Assembly: GCF_009914755.1 (NCBI RefSeq) | Contig: NC_060947.1 | Origin: the human T2T-CHM13v2.0 reference genome, Homo sapiens | Length of the DNA stretch: 64,000 nucleotides | Direction: 5' to 3' (one strand) | Shown: in pieces, positions 1-30,550 of the stretch | How the letters are laid out: every line of letters starts with the position of its first letter | How positions within the stretch are numbered: the stretch's first letter is position 1 | Program-made: the position numbers and the translations under genes | The notes under the pieces: model-generated | Database searches by the model: none | What the model was told of the DNA's origin: nothing | What the model saw: only the letters and a program-made list of their open reading frames with translations

Positions 1-2
1 GA

Positions 3-599
3 TGTGTCCGGAGTTGGTTCCTTCTGGTGGGTTCTTGGTCTCGCTGACTTCAAGAATGAAGCCATGGACCTTTGCGGTGTTACAGCTCTTAAAGGTAGCA
101 CGGACCCAAAGAGTAAGCAGCAGCAAGATTTATTGTGAAGAGTGAAAGAACAAAGCTTCCACAGTGTGGAAGGGGACCTGAGCAGGTTGCTGCTACTGGC
201 TGGGGTGGCCAGCTTTTATCCCCTTATTTGTCCCTGCCCACGTCCTGCTGATTGGTCCATTTTACAGAGTGCTGATTGGTGCATTTACAGTCCTTTAGCT
301 AGACACACAGTGCTGATTGGTGCATTTTTACAGAGTGCTGATTGGCGCATTTACAATCCTTTAGCTAGACACAGAGCGCTGATTGGTGCGTTTTTACAGA
401 GTGCTGATTGGTGCATTTACAATCCTTTAGCGAGACACAGAGTGCTGACTGGTGCATTTACAATCCTTTAGCTAGACACAGAGTGCTGATTGGTGCACTT
501 TACAGAGTGCTGATTGGTGCATTTACAGTCCTTTAGCTGGACAGAAAAGTTCTCCAAGTCCACACTTGACCCAGGAAGTCCAGCTGGCTTCACCTCTCA
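3..599 (-). mobile_element. Solo LTR12 (ERV9/HERV9) LTR
   Basis: Reverse complement starts TGAGAGGTGAAGCCAGCTGGACTTCC and ends CCGGACACA; tandem GCTGATTGG (CCAAT) repeats; homologous to three other copies in the window. Confidence 0.9.
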
Positions 600-720
600 G
601 TATGATACTGCTAGTTGTACCACCGCTTATTGAATCAATGTCATACTGGTGGACTTTTACATTACTTTTAATTTTTTGCTGTTGCAGACTGTTTCAGTAA
701 ATATTTTTGTATATGTATCA

Positions 721-1245
<525 letters not shown>

Positions 1246-1362
1246 TCAGGAGGTTGAGGCAGGAGAATTGCTTGAATCTGGGAAGCAGTAGTTGCAGCGA
1301 GCCAAGATCCCGACACTACACTCCAGCTGGGGTGACAGAGTGAGACTGTCTCAAAAAAAAAA

Positions 1363-1382
1363 TATATATATATATATATGTG

Positions 1383-1413
<31 letters not shown>

Positions 1414-1452
1414 ATATATATATATATGTGTATATATATATATATACACACA
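1363..1452. repeat. (TA)n/(TG)n compound microsatellite at an Alu tail
   Basis: Directly visible dinucleotide runs. Confidence 0.95.
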
Positions 1453-1989
1453 CATTTACTTATAGAATATATAGAATAAATTCATAGGCTATATGTAGAA
1501 TGAATAAATATAGAATACATTCCTTGAGGTAGAATTTCTAGATCAATGAATATGGCACTATCACTTTTGATTGGCCATGAGGAAGCTCTATCCAGTGATC
1601 TCTTGAACACTGTGGCTGTGAGCCATCCCCTTCCTCAGAGTCTCTGCTGTTGCTATCAAGGGCAACTGTTTCACTTGCAGAATCCTCCCTCTTGTTTTCT
1701 GGAGTATGTGATAAAACATCTTGTCTAGTGGATTTGTATAAATCCTTCACGGAGAATGCTTTGTATATGTGGTGTAATGTGGCTGGTTCAACTTTTTTTT
1801 TTCACAATCTTTTACTTGTCATCATAATCCTCTGCTGACTTTCTGGCATCTTCCTTCTTTTCCTCTGTTTCCTTCTCTTCCCTCCTCCTCCTCCACTACC
1901 ACCAGACTTCATATAATTTCACCCATTAAAAGGACACTTTTTTTTCCTTTTCTTTTTCTTCTCCTCCTCCTCTTCATTTCAACTCCACT

Positions 1990-2380
1990 AGGCTACAGTT
2001 CCCAGTTATTCAATCAAATGAATCTAGGTGTTGCTGTACAGGTATTTTGTAGACGTGATTGAAGTCCACAGCCATTTGACTTTAAATAAGGGAGATTATC
2101 CTTGATAATCTGGGTGAGTCTGATTCAATCTGTTGAAAGGCCTTAAGACCAGAGCTGAAGTTTCCCAGATGGAGAAGAAATTCTCCCTGTGAACAGCAGC
2201 TTTAGCATGTGCCTGAGTGTTCCAGCCTGCCCTTCTTGATGGCCCACCCTACGGATTTCAGACTCGGATTTCACCCTACAGATTTCACCCCCTACAACGG
2301 TGTTAGCCCATTTCTTGCAATGAATCTCTTCATATATATCTTCTACTTGTTCTGTTTCTCTGATTGAACCCTGACTGATA
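1990..2380 (+). mobile_element. ERVL/MaLR-type LTR relic (MLT2-like)
   Basis: CCCAGTTATTCAATCAAA..CTAGGTGTTGCTGT..GGTATTTTGTAGA and end GTTCTGTTTCTCTG..GAACCCTGACTGATACA resemble the MLT2 consensus as recalled. Confidence 0.6.
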
Positions 2381-2759
2381 CATCCTTCAAGGTATTTCCT
2401 CCATCCAGTCTGGGAACTCATTTCATTGATAAGACAAGCATAGGGAGGCACTCCTCAGACCTTTTTATCTGGCCCTCAAGGGGAAAACCAATTTCAGTGA
2501 ATAATTACAGAGAACTGTCATTGCCTCTGATAGAAAAGAAAACATTCTGCAGGGGCCCAGGAAGAGTTCCCCAATGTCAGGAGCCATGTGCCATGGTAGT
2601 CAAGTGGAACCACCCTATTGTTGCTTAATTAGTTGGCTGATGTCAAAATGCTGTTAACTGCATAAAAAAGAGAGTAGGCCAGGCACATTGGCTCATGCCT
2701 GCAGTCCCAACTACTAATACTCGGGAGGCTGAGGTGGGAGGCTTCAGCCCAGGAATTCA

Positions 2760-5325
<2,566 letters not shown>

Positions 5326-5374
5326 TTTTTTTTTAGACAGGTCTAGTTCTGTCACTCAAGCTGGAGGGCAGTGA

Positions 5375-5485
<111 letters not shown>

Positions 5486-5488
5486 TAA

Positions 5489-5650
<162 letters not shown>

Positions 5651-5695
5651 TAGAGGAAGCTGACACTACAAGTGTGTGCCACCAAGCCCAGCTAA

Positions 5696-5863
<168 letters not shown>

Positions 5864-6149
5864 TAATCAATTTATGAATCACTTAGCAAACATTTATTGT
5901 ATGAATACTAAATGCTAGTCAGTAGGCATTGAGGTGATATAAATAGATATAGGCCGGGCATGGTGGCTCACACCTGAGGCATGAGAATCACGTGAATCTG
6001 GGGTAGAGATTGCAGTGAGCCGAGATGGCACCACTGCACTCCAGCCTGGGTGACAGAGTGAGACTGTGTCTCAAAAAAATTAAATAAAATAATACATAAA
6101 TAGATAGATATAGTAGATATAGATACTTATATCTATACATATATGAATA

Positions 6150-6197
<48 letters not shown>

Positions 6198-6472
6198 GAA
6201 TTTAGATCTTATCTTCCCCCTCAGACAGCTCACTATATAGTTGGGAGAGACAAACACATAAATAGGCAATTATAGTGCTTTGTGGTATATGCGATGATAG
6301 ATGTATATACAAGGTATTATGGAAGTAAGGAGGAGCAGCACCCATCACAGCCTGCGGGTGTTTTAAAGAATTATTAGAAAGTGGCCAAGTGGCCAAGGTG
6401 CGGTGGCTCATGCCTGTAATCCCAGCAATTTGGGAGGCTGAGGTGGGAGGATCGCTTGAGCCAAGGAGTTCA

Positions 6473-6784
<312 letters not shown>

Positions 6785-6821
6785 CTAAGAGATAGAAGAT
6801 ATATATGGAGAGACAGAGTGA

Positions 6822-6853
<32 letters not shown>

Positions 6854-7057
6854 ATGCATAGGAAGTAATTACAAGTGGTTCCATCTTATCTTGAATTTTT
6901 TTTTTTTTGAGATGGGGTCTCACTCTGTTGCCGAGCCTGGAGTGCAGTGGCATGATCTTGGCTAACTCCAACTTCCACCTCCTGGGCTCAAGCAGTCCTC
7001 CCACCTCAGCCTCCTGAGTAGCTGGGACTATGGGAGCGTGCCACCACAGCCAATTAA

Positions 7058-7207
<150 letters not shown>

Positions 7208-8727
7208 TAAAACAAAAAATTCAAACTAGGAAGTGGCAAGTCATGGGTTTCAAACAAGTGAACAACAGGCTTATGTTTTAGGTAAATTCTTCTATTAACA
7301 GTGTGAAGTCTAAGATTAGAAGAGGAACAAGACTGGAGGCAGGGAGACTAATAAGAAGGCTGTTAAAATAATCCAAATGAAAAATTATCAGGGTCTTAGC
7401 CAGGCAGGGAAGTGGTAATTGTGATAAAAAGGAAAGGTCAGAATCAAGAAATGCTTAGATGGTAAAATTAGTAGGACTTGAGGATTGATTGGATATTGGT
7501 GGTGAGAGAGTGTTAAAGATAACTCCAGTTTCCTGTTTTGTGTGATGGAGTGTGTATTTGTCAGAGATGTTAGTTGATAGCAACAAAGCCTGACTCAGCA
7601 TAAAGGGTATTATTATTATTATTTTTGAAGGATATTAGGGGCTGGGCATGGTGGCTCACACCTGTAATCTCAGCACTTTGGGAGACCAAGGCTGGAAGAT
7701 CATTTCAGCCCAAGAGTTCGAGATCATTCCTGGGCAACTTAGTGAGACCCTGTCTCTAAAAAACAAAAATAATAGGCTGGGTGTGGTGGCTCATGCCTTA
7801 ATCCCAGTACTTTGGGAGGCTGAGGCATGTGGACAACTTGAGGCCAGGAGTTTGAGACCAGCCTGGCCAACACAGTGAAACCCCGTCTCTACTAAAAATA
7901 CAAAAATTAGCTGGGTGTGGTGGTGCATACCTGTAATCCCAGCTACTCAGGAGGCAGCTGAATGAGGCACGAGAATCTCTTGAACCTGGGAGGCAGAGGT
8001 TGCAATGAGCCAAGATTGCACCACTGCACTCTAGCCTGGGTGACAGAGTGAGACTCTGTCTCAAAATAATAATAATAATAATGATAATTTTAAAAATTAG
8101 CTGAGTGTGGTGGCACACACCTGTAGTCTCAGCTACTCAGGAGGCTGAGGCAGGAGGATCACTTCAGCCCAGAAATTTGAGGCTACAGTGAACCATGATC
8201 ATGCCATTGTACTCCAGCCTGGTTGACAGAGCAAGATCCTGTCTCTTAAAAAGAAATAAAGGATATTGGGGAGCTCCCACAATTGTTGGGAGAGCTGGAG
8301 AATCAGGTTAGAGGCTAAGCTTTCAGGAACAATGCCTCAAACCATTGCAGAAGTGGCGGGATGATATAGATGCCCCCACTGCTGTGAGAAGTCAACCTTG
8401 AAAACACTGGAAATTCCCTAGTAGAAAAAAAAAAAGGAAGAGAAGCTCCACACTCCACATATCCACATAGAGCAGGTTTCCTCACAAGGTCACAAGGGAG
8501 ACTGGCAAATATCTCTGACTTACACTGCAGAGCTGGGGCTCATAACATGGACATTCTTCCATATATAGAAAAGCTTTTCAAATTCTGAGGGCAGCCACAG
8601 TGTGATGCAGATGGTGCCGCTATCAAGCAATGTAGAGAATAGAAGAGTTTGGGGGCAGGAGTGAGAAGTTCCATTTTTAACATGTGGTATTTCAGGTGTC
8701 TGTAGAACATTCAGATATAGATGTCTA

Positions 8728-9228
<501 letters not shown>

Positions 9229-9804
9229 CTACAGGAATATACACAATATAGAGAATGTTTGTTTTTGCTTCCCCTAGACACATTTCACTTTTCACATACC
9301 ATGAGGATGATATCTGTAGTAGCCATTTGTCTAGCTAATTGCCCTGCTCTAAAAAGAAAAAACTTTTCTCCCCAAGAGATCCAAATGCTTATAGCCAGGG
9401 CTAGGTCCCTAGGGGCCAGGACCACTGGATCACTATGTTCCTAGGTATTTGTGCTTCTAAAGGGATGAAACCCAGACCTTGGAGACATCACTAGGCTGTA
9501 AAAGCTGGAGACACAAATCTGGCCCTTGGAAAGATGTGTTTACATTATAAAAGGTTAAGGTAAGAACCAGGATCATTTCAATCCCATCTTCAAGGAGTGA
9601 AAGGTTTTTTGGAAGGGAGCAAGACAGCTGTCTCTCTTCTATGTATAAATGGAGAAAATCCACTGTTATTCATTCCTTTATGGGGTGAAACTTGTAATTC
9701 ACCCAGAAAGTTTCCAACAGTTCTCATCGTATCACCTGTAGGTCTAGGTGTAGGGAACCTACATGACAATGTGACTTTGGCTGTTGCTCTGTTCGTGAGT
9801 ATTA

Positions 9805-9942
<138 letters not shown>

Positions 9943-10682
9943 TCAAAAAATTAGCCAGGCATGGTGGCACACGCCTGTAGTCTCAGCTACTCAGGAGGCT
10001 GAGGTGGGAGAAACACTTGATCCTGGGAGGCAGAGGTTGCAGTGAGCTGAGATGTGCCACCACACTCCATCCTGGGTGACAGAATGAGACCTTGTCTCAA
10101 AAAAAAAAAAAAAGGGGGCTGGGCACTGTGGCTTACACCTGTAATCCCAGCACTTTGGGAGGCTGAGGCAGGCGGATCACAAGGTCAGGAGATCGAGACC
10201 ATCCTGGCTAACATGGTGAAACCCTGTCTCTACTAAAAAATACAAAAAATTAGCCGAACGTGGTGGCTGGCGCCTGTAGTCTGAGCTACTCAGGAGGCCG
10301 AGGCAAGAGAATGGCGTGCACCTGGGAGGCGGAGCTTGCAGTGAGCTGAGATCATGCCACTGCACTCCAGCCTGAGCGACAGTGCGAGACTCTGTCTCAA
10401 AAACAAAAAACAAAACAAAACAAAAAACTCTTCTGATCCAGATGCCTCACATTTCTTTAGTATTCACACATACAAAGTACTTCGTTGTGTGAGTATCTCA
10501 GACCCTTCACAGTTCTTGACAAAACACTGGGGGACATTAACATCTAAGTGATGGAAAGAGGAAGAGGAGATCAAAAAGGAGACCAAATAGGAATGGTCAG
10601 AAGTACATATGGAATAGGCCAGGCGCGGTGGCTCATGCCTGTAATCCCACCAGCATTTTGGGAGGCCGAGGCAGGTGGATCA

Positions 10683-13300
<2,618 letters not shown>

Positions 13301-14714
13301 AGCTATTTTGATATCCCACATGTGTTCTTGCAGCTCTACACCCTTTCACCTATTTTCAGCATGCAATGTGAGGCCTGGTAGGTTTTTCCGTTCAGTTTAT
13401 GCTCTTTAATGTCCCAGCTCTTCACCCCAGAGGCAGCCTTCAGACCTTTGAGGATGGGGTCCTTATCACTAATATCTCTGCTATGCCCACTCCATAGGGC
13501 AGGGGATGAAATTATCCAAAGCTTTTTGGTCTCAGCTAATTTACTTTTCTTTACTTGCTTTTGTTTCTCTCTACCAAATCCTTCAGTTAATCTGAGGCAA
13601 GAATTTCATACCTTGAACATTATGGAATCAGGTTATTTCTTTTTCAGTGCTCTGTTGCCTAGAGGTTCGTATGTGACAAATTGAAAGGGCTAATACTATA
13701 TATGAAAGTTACACTCAGTATATGAAACCGACAGACCCTCTCCCCCATCCCCCACTTAGCACTCTCCCCACTTTTTCAGGGTTACTCATTGCTGTTTGTA
13801 GTAGGCAAAATTCTAAGATGATCCCCAATATTCCCTCATCCCGGTGTATACATACTTTCTCCCTGTTACTTAGTCAAACATGAATCTAGAAACTGCTGTG
13901 AAGGGATTGTGCAGATGTAATTAAGTCAGCTGATTTTAAGAAATAAAGATTATCTTGGGTAAGCCTGACCTAATCAAGTGAACTCTTAAAAAGGACTGGG
14001 CTCTTCAGTCACAAAAAGACAAATACTGTATAATTCCACCTATAGGATGTATCTAAAGTAGTGAAATCCATAGAAACGGAAAGTAGAAGGGTTGTCAACA
14101 GGGGTTGGGGGAGGGAGGGAGTTTTTTTAAAATTTATTTTTATTAATTATTATTATTATTTTTGAGACAGAGTCTCACTCCGTCATCCAGGCGGAAGTGC
14201 AACGGTGCAATCTCAGCTCACTGCAGCCTCGAATTCTGAGGCTCAGGTGATCCTCCCACCTTAGCCTCCCGAGTAGCTGGAACTATAGGTTCGGGCCACA
14301 ATGCTCAGCTGATTTTTTGCTTTTTTTTTTTTTTTTGTAGAGTTGGGATTTCTTCATGTTGCCCAGACTGGTCTCAAACTCCTGGGCTCAAGCAATCTGC
14401 CAGCCTCGGCCTCCGAAAGTCCTGGGATTAGAGGCATTAGCCACCGTGCCCAGCCTGAGCTGTTTTTGAATGGATAGAGATTCAGTTTTGTAAGATGAAA
14501 AAGTTCTGGAGATCCATTGCACAACAATGTGAATCTACTTAACACTACTGAACTGCACACTTAAAAAGGGTTAAGATGGGCCACGTGCAGCGGCTCACGC
14601 CTGTAATGCCAATACTTTGGGAGATTGAGGTAGGAGGATCACTTGAGCCCAAGAGTTCAAGGCTACAGTGAGCTGTCATCACGCCACTGCATTCTAGCCT
14701 GGGGGACAGAGTGA

Positions 14715-14963
<249 letters not shown>

Positions 14964-15239
14964 TAATTTCTTTTTTTTTAATTTTTATTTTTAGCAGAGA
15001 CGTGGTTTCACTATGTTGACCAGGCTGGTCTCAAACTACTGGGCTCAAGCAATCTGCCCGCCTCGGCCTCCCAAAGTGCTGGGATTTACAGGCTGTTGGG
15101 TGTTTTTTAACCACAATTTTAAAAGGGCGGGAGGGAACTGGGCTATTTCTTGTGAGATTCAAAGCGTGACAGGAATTTGACACAAGGGAGATTCTCCATT
15201 GCTGACTTCGAAGAGGGAGGAGGCCACATCACCAGAATG

Positions 15240-15600
15240 TGGGGAGTAGAAGGTGGTTACCAGAGGCTGGGAAGGGTAGTGGAGGGGGGAGGAAAGGTGG
15301 GATGGTTAATGGATAGAAAAATATAGTTGGATAGAATGAATAAGTTCTAGTATTTTATAGTACAATAGGGCGACTATAGTCAATAATTTATTGTACATTT
15401 AAAAATAGCTAAAAGAATATAATCGGATTGTTTGTAACACAAAGGATAAATGCTTGAGGTGACAAATACCCCATTCACCCTGATGTGATTATTATGCATT
15501 GTATGCCTGTATCAAAATATTTCATGTACCCCATAATATATACACCTACTATGGTACCCACAAAAATTAAAATTAAAAATTAAAAAACAAAACAAGACAA
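15240..15600 (+). mobile_element. L1MA-like 3' end
   Basis: GGTTACCAGAGGCTGGGAAGGGTAG, AAATACCCCATT..CCCTGATGTGATTATT and an A-rich tail. Confidence 0.7.
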
Positions 15601-16483
15601 GGAATATGTGTGGCTTCTAACAGTTGAGAGCACCCACCACCCCAACTGCCAGCAAGAATATGGGAACTTCAGTCCTACAGCCACAAGGAACTAAATTCTG
15701 CCACAACTACATGAGTCTGGAAGAAGACCTTTAGCCTCATATGAGTTTGAAGCCTGGCCAACACCTTGACCCTGAGCAGAGGACCCAGTTAACCTGTGCC
15801 TGGATTCTTGATCCATGGAAAGTGTAAGAAAATAAATGTGTGTGTATGTGTAGGGGGGTTTATTGTTTTTTAAATGAATTTTTATTTAGAGATAAAGTAT
15901 TGCTACATTGCCCAGGCTGGAGTGCAGTGGCTGTTCACAGGTGTAATCATATCGCATTACAGCTCCAAACTCCTGGGCTCAAGCAATCCTCCTTCCTGAC
16001 GCTCCCAAGTACCTGGTACCACAAGTGCACACTACTGTACCCTTAAATAAAAATTAAAAAATTAAGACTGGGCACAGTAGTCCCAGCACCTTGGGAGGCT
16101 GAGGCAGGCAGATTGCTTGAGCCCAGAGTTCCAGACCAACCTGGGCAACATGGTGAAACTCCCATCTCCACTTAAAAAATGTATATATATAGACTATATC
16201 TAGAAACAGATACATAAATTCTTATACAATTAATTCCCAGAAGTGTATAAGAAATCACTTTGTTTGTTTTTGAGACGGAGTCTTGCTCTATTGCCCAGGC
16301 TGGAGTGCGGTGGCATGAACTTGGCTCACTGCAGCCTCTGCCTTCTGGGCTCAAGCCTCTCCCGCCTCAGCCTCCCAAGTAGCTGGGATTACAGGCGAGT
16401 GCCACCATGCCCAGCTAATTTTTTTTGTATTTTAGTAGAGACGGGGTTTCACCATGTTGCCCAGGGTGGTTTCCAACTCCTGA

Positions 16484-25064
<8,581 letters not shown>

Positions 25065-25902
25065 TTAGCAATGCTTCTCCTGTAAATAAGCCTTCATTTT
25101 GTTTGGCAAAGGCAGTTTTTGAAATAAGTCTATTCTGGTATGCTGACATAAAACAAATGTCATGGGTGCTGCAAAGAACAAAACTGTATGAATTGTAGTA
25201 TTGGATTGGTCAGTCTTACAGGGTAAATTGCAGATCCAGGTAACCGAGACCTTCAATAAGAAAAAACTCTATTTTCCAGAGTCCCTGGTTGAATGTTCAA
25301 TTAGATCAACTAATTGTCCTTTCACATCTGGTTGCTCATAAAAGCAAAACCTACCATTCGAGTGTTCAATTCTAGTGTGAAGTGTTTTACCATGGGAGCA
25401 AAAGCTTGAGCTTGAAAGATAACAGTCATTATGGCTATCTGGGACAAGAAAAAAACCATCTAGCACATTTGCTCACTTTTCTTCTGCCTGTCAGTGTATG
25501 ATTGCCCCCAGCACCATTATTATTTTGCAGGTTTTTTCAGCTCCTCTGTAAGGCTTGTCACAACCATAGTGTCACTACTTTGGACAGAATCATCAACTCT
25601 TGCAACCCCAGGAGGACAGTCAGGATTAGAATTCAAATGACAGTGGGTACTTTCAGACACACACATAGACAACTGCACCTGTGAGTCCACAGAAGTTCCT
25701 TTAGATTCTGTATTGGAGGTAGTAATGATGAAAGTGTCTTCAGGAATGTCTTCATGGCTTGCTCTTGGGCTCTGCATTGTAACTCCTTACAGGTACCAAT
25801 GAACAAGCCATTCAGAGATGGATCCACAAAGATCTCTGGAGCAACGACCAGGTCCTGCTCTACCCGATTCTCAGCTTTGGGGATAGAATTCCCAGAAACA
25901 TC

Positions 25903-27098
<1,196 letters not shown>

Positions 27099-27569
27099 GG
27101 ATTGTGGAGGGAAGTGGACCTTATTGGTCTTTGAGCTCTCACATCTTTAAAGACTGTTGGTGCTGAGAGAAAAAGTATCCTCATCTGGCAGAACTCCCAT
27201 AGGGTGTGCTCCCCTTGCTGTTCTGCTTTTGTTTTGCAGAAAGCTGCCTTTTTCAATGTACTCATTAGGCTTTCATTGTTTTTTCCTTTTTTACCTTTTT
27301 CATCTTTCACTGTTGATATCACAGGTGGCCATATCTTTACCAGTGCAGCTACCAAATAAGAAATCATCTTTTCCACATTCACTAGTTAGTGATGGTTGTT
27401 GTACTACCATGAAATCAGTTTCTTCTTTACTTTTATTCAGGTTACAAGATTTCTGGAAGGTTTTAAGATCAATTTTAATTAGTCTTTGTGACTGGTTACT
27501 TCATCCAGGGGACCAATTTCTCTCTGGAATATTAGTCCCGCACCCCTGGAGAGCCTGTGCGGCTGCATC

Positions 27570-28190
27570 TCCCTCCGGAGGTGGTTCTGGAGTTGGTTCC
27601 TTTTGGTGGGTTCCTGGTCTCGCTGACTTCAAGAATGAAGCCACGGACCTTCACGGTGAGTGTTACAGCTCTTAAAGGTGGCACGGACTCAAAGAGTGAG
27701 CAGCAGCAAGATTCATTGTGAAGACGGAAAGAACACAGCTTCCACGGTGTGGAAAGAGACCCGAGTGGGTTGCTACTACTGGCCTGGTGGGTGGGTGGGT
27801 GGGTGGGTGCGGAATGTGGCCAGCTTTTATTCCCTTATTTGTCCCCACCCATGTCCTGCTGATTGGTCCATTTTACAGAGTGCTGATTGGTCCATTTTAC
27901 AAGGTGCTAATTGGTCCATTTTACAGAGCGCTGATTGGTCCATTTTACAGACTGCTGATTGGTCCATTTTACAAACCTCTAGCTAGCCACAGAGCACTGA
28001 TTGGTGTGTTTTTACAGAGCACTGATTGGCGCATTTTACAAACCTCTAGCTAGCCACAGAGCGCTGATTGGTGCGTTTTACAATCCTAGCTACAGAGTGC
28101 TGATTGGTGCATTTTACAATCCTCTTGTAAGACAGAAAAGTTCTTTAAGTCCCCACCCAACCCAGGAAGTCCAGCTGGCTTCTCCTCTCA
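27570..28190 (-). mobile_element. Solo LTR12 inside the 5'UTR part of the SOCS6 pseudogene
   Basis: LTR12 body with expanded GCTGATTGGTCCATTTTACA repeats; CATC flanks at 27566-27569 and 28191-28194 as probable TSD. Confidence 0.88.
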
Positions 28191-30029
28191 CATCTATGTA
28201 TTTCTTTGGCTTCATTTAACCTTTGGAGCCATTTTTTTTCAGCAGCAGTGCAACAGCAGCCACCAGCCCGGGTCTCATCCAGCGCTGGTGCTACTGCTGT
28301 GAAATGTGTGTTGTTCTGAGCAGCTGTATTTGTGATACTTTGTTACACAGCAGCAAAAAAAGTAATGCAACATCAGTGGTGTTACTGGGTGACAAAGTTT
28401 GGGATTGGGGTTGAAGACCCAGCTGATTTAATTATAATTGGTTCTAAATTTAAAATTGCACATAAAAAAAACCCAGAAATCAATGTGAACAACAATAAAA
28501 AACATACAAAAGCACTTCCTTCAATGTCTAGATCAAGGCTTCTTTCTCACCCCCTCCAACCTTACCTGTTTCCTCCCTAGATATTCATAGAGAGTAATAT
28601 ATTTTATCATCTAAATAGTCTTCTGTATTGCTCTCTAGTAGCTTTTTGTGTCTACCTAACTAGGCTTCAGATTCCTTGAGGGCGAGGATTTCTGTTCATT
28701 TTTGTGCCCCCCACAGTGCCTTGCACATAGAGACTCTAGTAAATGTTACTTATTGGCTGAAGAATTAGGAACATGACCTGCATTTAACAACAAAAAGAGT
28801 TTTTGTTAATTAGCTAGCACCCGCTCATCAGCAAGGCCTAAACATCTGCCAGTGGAATCTGAGAAGTCTCTTCTAAAAGTTGAAAAGCTGAGTTTACTCA
28901 TTACAGATAGGGAACTTGTAGTAGGTGTGTGTGTGCGGGGGGGAGGTTTTACCAGTTAAATCAAATTACAAGAGGTTGGTGCTCAATTTTCAGGAGAGTT
29001 TGTGTAGTGATTTTTGTCTTTTTCACTGCATGATGTGACTCTTGATTATGGGATGGAAGAAATTAGCATTATGAATTTTCTCTGTGCCATTTCCATAATT
29101 AATTGTTTGTTGACTGTTTTGAAGAAATTTAAGCAGAATTTGAGGACTTAGTTTTAAAAAATGTAGTGAAGGGGCTAGGTAGCAAAAACTTTTTGAAGAA
29201 ATTCATTGACCTGCTTTCTTAGATCAAGGACTTTTTGAAATAAAAAGGCTCTCAGAGATCCAACTTGTAGCCTCCAGTGGCTTGTAATACTTTCTTGCTG
29301 ATGTGGCAAGCTACCTTAAGTCGTTTCTAGAACAAGAGGTGAAGTATAAATACCAATGTGACAAAATGTCTGAACAGTAGACTTGAAACTGCAGGAAGAT
29401 CGTAAGAACCGATTTGTTCAAGGAAGTAGAGGCAATTCATGACTCAATCTAGACGTGTGGTTTAGGCAGATGGCAAGTGAATTCATTTATCATTGTTGAT
29501 CTGCTTTGAGCTCAGTGGAATCGCCGACTGTGACAATGTGCAGAGCTAGCTGGTGGAAATGAAGTCACAACTCGAGGAGAGTCATGGATTTTGACGAACG
29601 TGAATCACCTTTAACATTTTTATGGCTGCCTTCGGAGTGCAAACGCCCAGCATGTCCCTGAGTTATTAAACATTTGCCCTATCACCGTGGGCAGGAGTAT
29701 TCTGAATACCAAAACGATTTTGAAATTTCAGGCTATACGGCCAACATTGAAGGTGTCTGCATTCAACTGGCCCTGTGAAAGCTTCAGTCTTTTTCATCGA
29801 AGTGCTGAAATCGATGGCCGAGTCACAATGAAGACGGGCTCAAATCGGAACCCTCTCGCTCCTCGTTTTGAGCAGCTGTCTTTGAGAGGCAATCTTCTGA
29901 ATTGACTGGCTCAGAATTGATCCGTGAGAGTCGTAACCATCCGTTTTTGTACGAATACAGTTGATAAACTTTTTTAGACGCCTTTGGCATTTATGTTTAA
30001 AACGACACCACCTGCTAAGTAACAAACAC

Positions 30030-30360
30030 TCTTCTTAATCGCGGTGGCAAAAACGTATCCGTCCCGTGTGTGTTTGTTTTTACCCTTCCGCTACACTCTT
30101 AAGAAACTTGGCCGCTTCCGCCCCAGAGAGTGCCCTAACCACGAGTCGGGTTGACAGGGCTGCTCGCATGCGCGGTCTCCACCGTGGTGTTTGTCGCAAT
30201 GGGCGCTGCGCGGAGGACTACATGGAATCTCGACTTTGCAGCTTGAAGTCATTTTGTTGGCGGCGCTGGTTACCGGCTACCTCCGCGCGGGCACTTGATT
30301 GTAACAGAAAGTAGTTCCGGCCCATGTTGTTTCGGCCGAGGAGCCGTCGCCGCCATTTCA
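30030..30360 (+). promoter_or_regulatory. OGT: OGT TATA-less CpG-island promoter
   Basis: High CpG density; ETS-like CTTCCG (about 30085 and 30115), NRF1-like CGCATGCGC (30165-30173), ACTACA motif (30217-30222), YY1-like CCGCCATTT (30350-30358) at the expected TSS. Confidence 0.8.
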
Positions 30361-30376
30361 AGACCGTACTAGGTAG

Positions 30377-30388
30377 ATGGTCAATTAG
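30377..30388 (+). promoter_or_regulatory. Minimal uORF ATG GTC AAT TAG in the OGT 5'UTR
   Basis: Directly visible; in frame with the main ATG 174 nt downstream. Confidence 0.6.
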
Positions 30389-30550
30389 AGTTCCCAGGGT
30401 TTGAAGCCTGTAACTGCTGCCGCCGCTCAAGCCCTCCAGAGCATTGCTACGGCTGCTGCCCTTGTACTACTACCTCCAAATACGTTCTTGCTGGTAGTGG
30501 CGGCAGCAGGACCAATTACCTCTTTTTTGCTCTCCCTCGAGAAGCTCCAG

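Noticed and set aside
190-540. Repeat-spacer-like array of GTGCTGATTGGTGCATTT units
   Set aside because: These are the internal tandem CCAAT repeats of LTR12; there are no unique spacers or cas genes, so it is not CRISPR
27157-27675. 172-aa plus-strand ORF
   Set aside because: Antisense read of the SOCS6 pseudogene running into an LTR; non-ATG start and no recognisable domain
27480-28230. Apparent upstream in-frame ATG (MAPKVK..) for the SOCS6 retrocopy once the LTR is removed
   Set aside because: Contains two in-frame TGA stops and the downstream CDS is frameshifted; most likely inherited 5'UTR
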